Shown here piece after piece: positions 52,714 through 53,677 of a DNA stretch of 53,677 bases. The position numbers and the translations under genes were made by a program. The notes under the pieces are model-generated. The model saw nothing but the letters and a program-made list of their open reading frames with translations. It was not told the DNA's origin and searched no databases. The stretch covers positions 1-53,677 of the forward strand of contig CAYVGY010000003.1 of NCBI GenBank assembly GCA_964451065.1, in the 5' to 3' direction. Origin of the DNA: an uncultured Halobacteriales archaeon. Its GTDB lineage: Archaea > Thermoplasmatota > E2 > JACPAO01. Position 1 is the first letter of the stretch. The number at the start of each line of letters is the position of its first letter.

Positions 52714-53677
52714 TGGCATCCACCGCTTCCCTCTTCGACCCCAAGGCCTTCGTCCAAGAACAGGTGGACCTCGTCAAGAAGAACGTGCGGGGGCACGCCG
52801 TGATTGCGGCGTCGGGCGGCGTTGACTCCACGGTCGCCGGCGCAATCGTCGGCCTCGCGCTCGGAAAAGACCTGACGGCCGTTTTCGTTGACACGGGTCT
52901 TGTTCGAGAGGGCGAACCCGCATTCGTGAAACAAATGCTTGGCGGCCTCGGCGTCGACGTCCGAATCGTCGAGGCCTCCGAGGAATTTCTTACGGCGCTC
53001 AAGGGCGTCACGGAGCCCGAGGCGAAGCGGAAAATCATCGGCGAGAAATTCATCCGGATCTTTGAACGCGTGGCGAAGGAGGCCCGCGCCGAGTACCTCG
53101 TCCAGGGTACCATCGCGCCCGACTGGATCGAATCCGGCGGCGGCGCCCGCGACACGATCAAGTCCCACCACAACGTGGGCGGCCTCCCCAAGGACCTCAA
53201 GCTCAAGCTCGTGGAGCCGCTGCGCGACCTCTACAAGGACGAGGTTCGCAAGGTCGCCCGCGAACTCAAGCTCCCCGTGGCCGAACGGCAACCCTTCCCG
53301 GGTCCGGGCCTCGCGGTGCGATGCCTCGGCGAATGCACGGAAGAGCGAGTCGAGATCGTCCGAACGGCGTGCGTCATCGTCGAGGACGAAATCGAGAAGG
53401 CGCACAAGGCCGGCAAGATCAAGGAACTCCCCTGGCAGTACTTTGCCGCCTTGCTTCCAATCCGGAGCGTCGGCGTCCAGGGCGACATCCGCGCCTACGG
53501 CGAGACCGTCGTCGTGCGCGCGGTCGCGAGCAACGACGCCATGACGGCAACGAGCTTCCCCCTGCCGTGGGAGGTCCAGCAAGTCATCGCACGTCGGGTC
53601 CTCAACACCCTCAAGGACAAGGTGAACCGGGTCGTCTACGACCTGTCCGACAAGCCGCCGGGCACGATCGAATGGGA
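52713..53677 (+). CDS. guaA: GMP synthase subunit B (ATP pyrophosphatase domain); only the stop codon is missing at the window edge
   Basis: My own translation from ATG 52713 (TGATG junction with purE): MASTASLFDPKAF...AASGGVDSTV (P-loop) ...QGTIAPDWIES...KSHHNVGGLP...PFPGPGLAVR... ending DKPPGTIEWE, the universal GuaA C-terminus. It is not in the ORF track because no stop falls inside the window. Confidence 0.9.
   Translation, partial: MASTASLFDPKAFVQEQVDLVKKNVRGHAVIAASGGVDSTVAGAIVGLALGKDLTAVFVDTGLVREGEPAFVKQMLGGLGVDVRIVEASEEFLTALKGVTEPEAKRKIIGEKFIRIFERVAKEARAEYLVQGTIAPDWIESGGGARDTIKSHHNVGGLPKDLKLKLVEPLRDLYKDEVRKVARELKLPVAERQPFPGPGLAVRCLGECTEERVEIVRTACVIVEDEIEKAHKAGKIKELPWQYFAALLPIRSVGVQGDIRAYGETVVVRAVASNDAMTATSFPLPWEVQQVIARRVLNTLKDKVNRVVYDLSDKPPGTIEW

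Noticed and set aside
52212-53582. 456-aa minus-strand ORF
   Set aside because: It is antisense to purE and to the clearly recognisable GMP synthase subunit B (SGGVDS ... GTIEWE). It has no motifs of its own.
1-53677. Search for CRISPR arrays, IS elements or transposases, rRNA genes and prophage genes
   Set aside because: I saw no regularly spaced direct repeats, no terminal inverted repeats flanking a transposase-like ORF, no rRNA-like conserved stretches, and no capsid, terminase or integrase-like translations on reading both strands. This was a manual scan, not a computed search.

Overview
This is a visibly high-GC (GC not computed), gene-dense chromosomal segment of an archaeon. I support about 63 protein genes and one tRNA. 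I saw no rRNA, CRISPR array, transposase or integrase. Archaeal identity follows from archaeal-type TyrRS, PheRS beta, Kae1/Bud32/Pcc1 (KEOPS), Spt5, SecE, uL11, uS15, DtdA and FtsZ. A class II HMG-CoA reductase, separate kae1/bud32 genes, a PGF-CTERM protein and many lipobox proteins make a Thermoplasmatota-like euryarchaeon my best guess, but that is inference only. The content falls into these groups: translation and tRNA genes (tyrS, serS, pheT, dtdA, kae1, bud32, pcc1, rps15, rpl11, tRNA-Pro); nucleotide metabolism (pyrB, pyrI, purB, purE, guaA subunit B, rdgB); polyamine synthesis (aguB/aguA); hmgA, uvrC and bcp; an ftsZ-secE-spt5 cluster; a HepT/MntA toxin-antitoxin pair; and many lineage-specific secreted, lipobox and membrane proteins. 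Because of the GC bias, nearly every real gene is shadowed by long Arg/Pro/Gly-rich ORFs in other frames. I chose frames by recognisable family motifs, third-position G/C bias and signal peptides. No complete, clearly novel multi-gene system is demonstrable from sequence alone. The most notable observations are: (1) four genes whose expected N-termini lie upstream of any ATG/GTG/TTG, three of them with a GGAGG-like box 6-7 nt before an in-frame CTG; (2) two tandem paralogous 43/41-aa ORFs, each with its own TATA-like box, inside a disrupted secE-spt5-rpl11 cluster; (3) two paralogous membrane-anchored double winged-helix regulators, each heading a string of exported proteins; (4) an MntA antitoxin fused to a VapB-like module, with a triple octamer repeat at its promoter; (5) pyrB and pyrI split by a small lower-GC lipoprotein gene.
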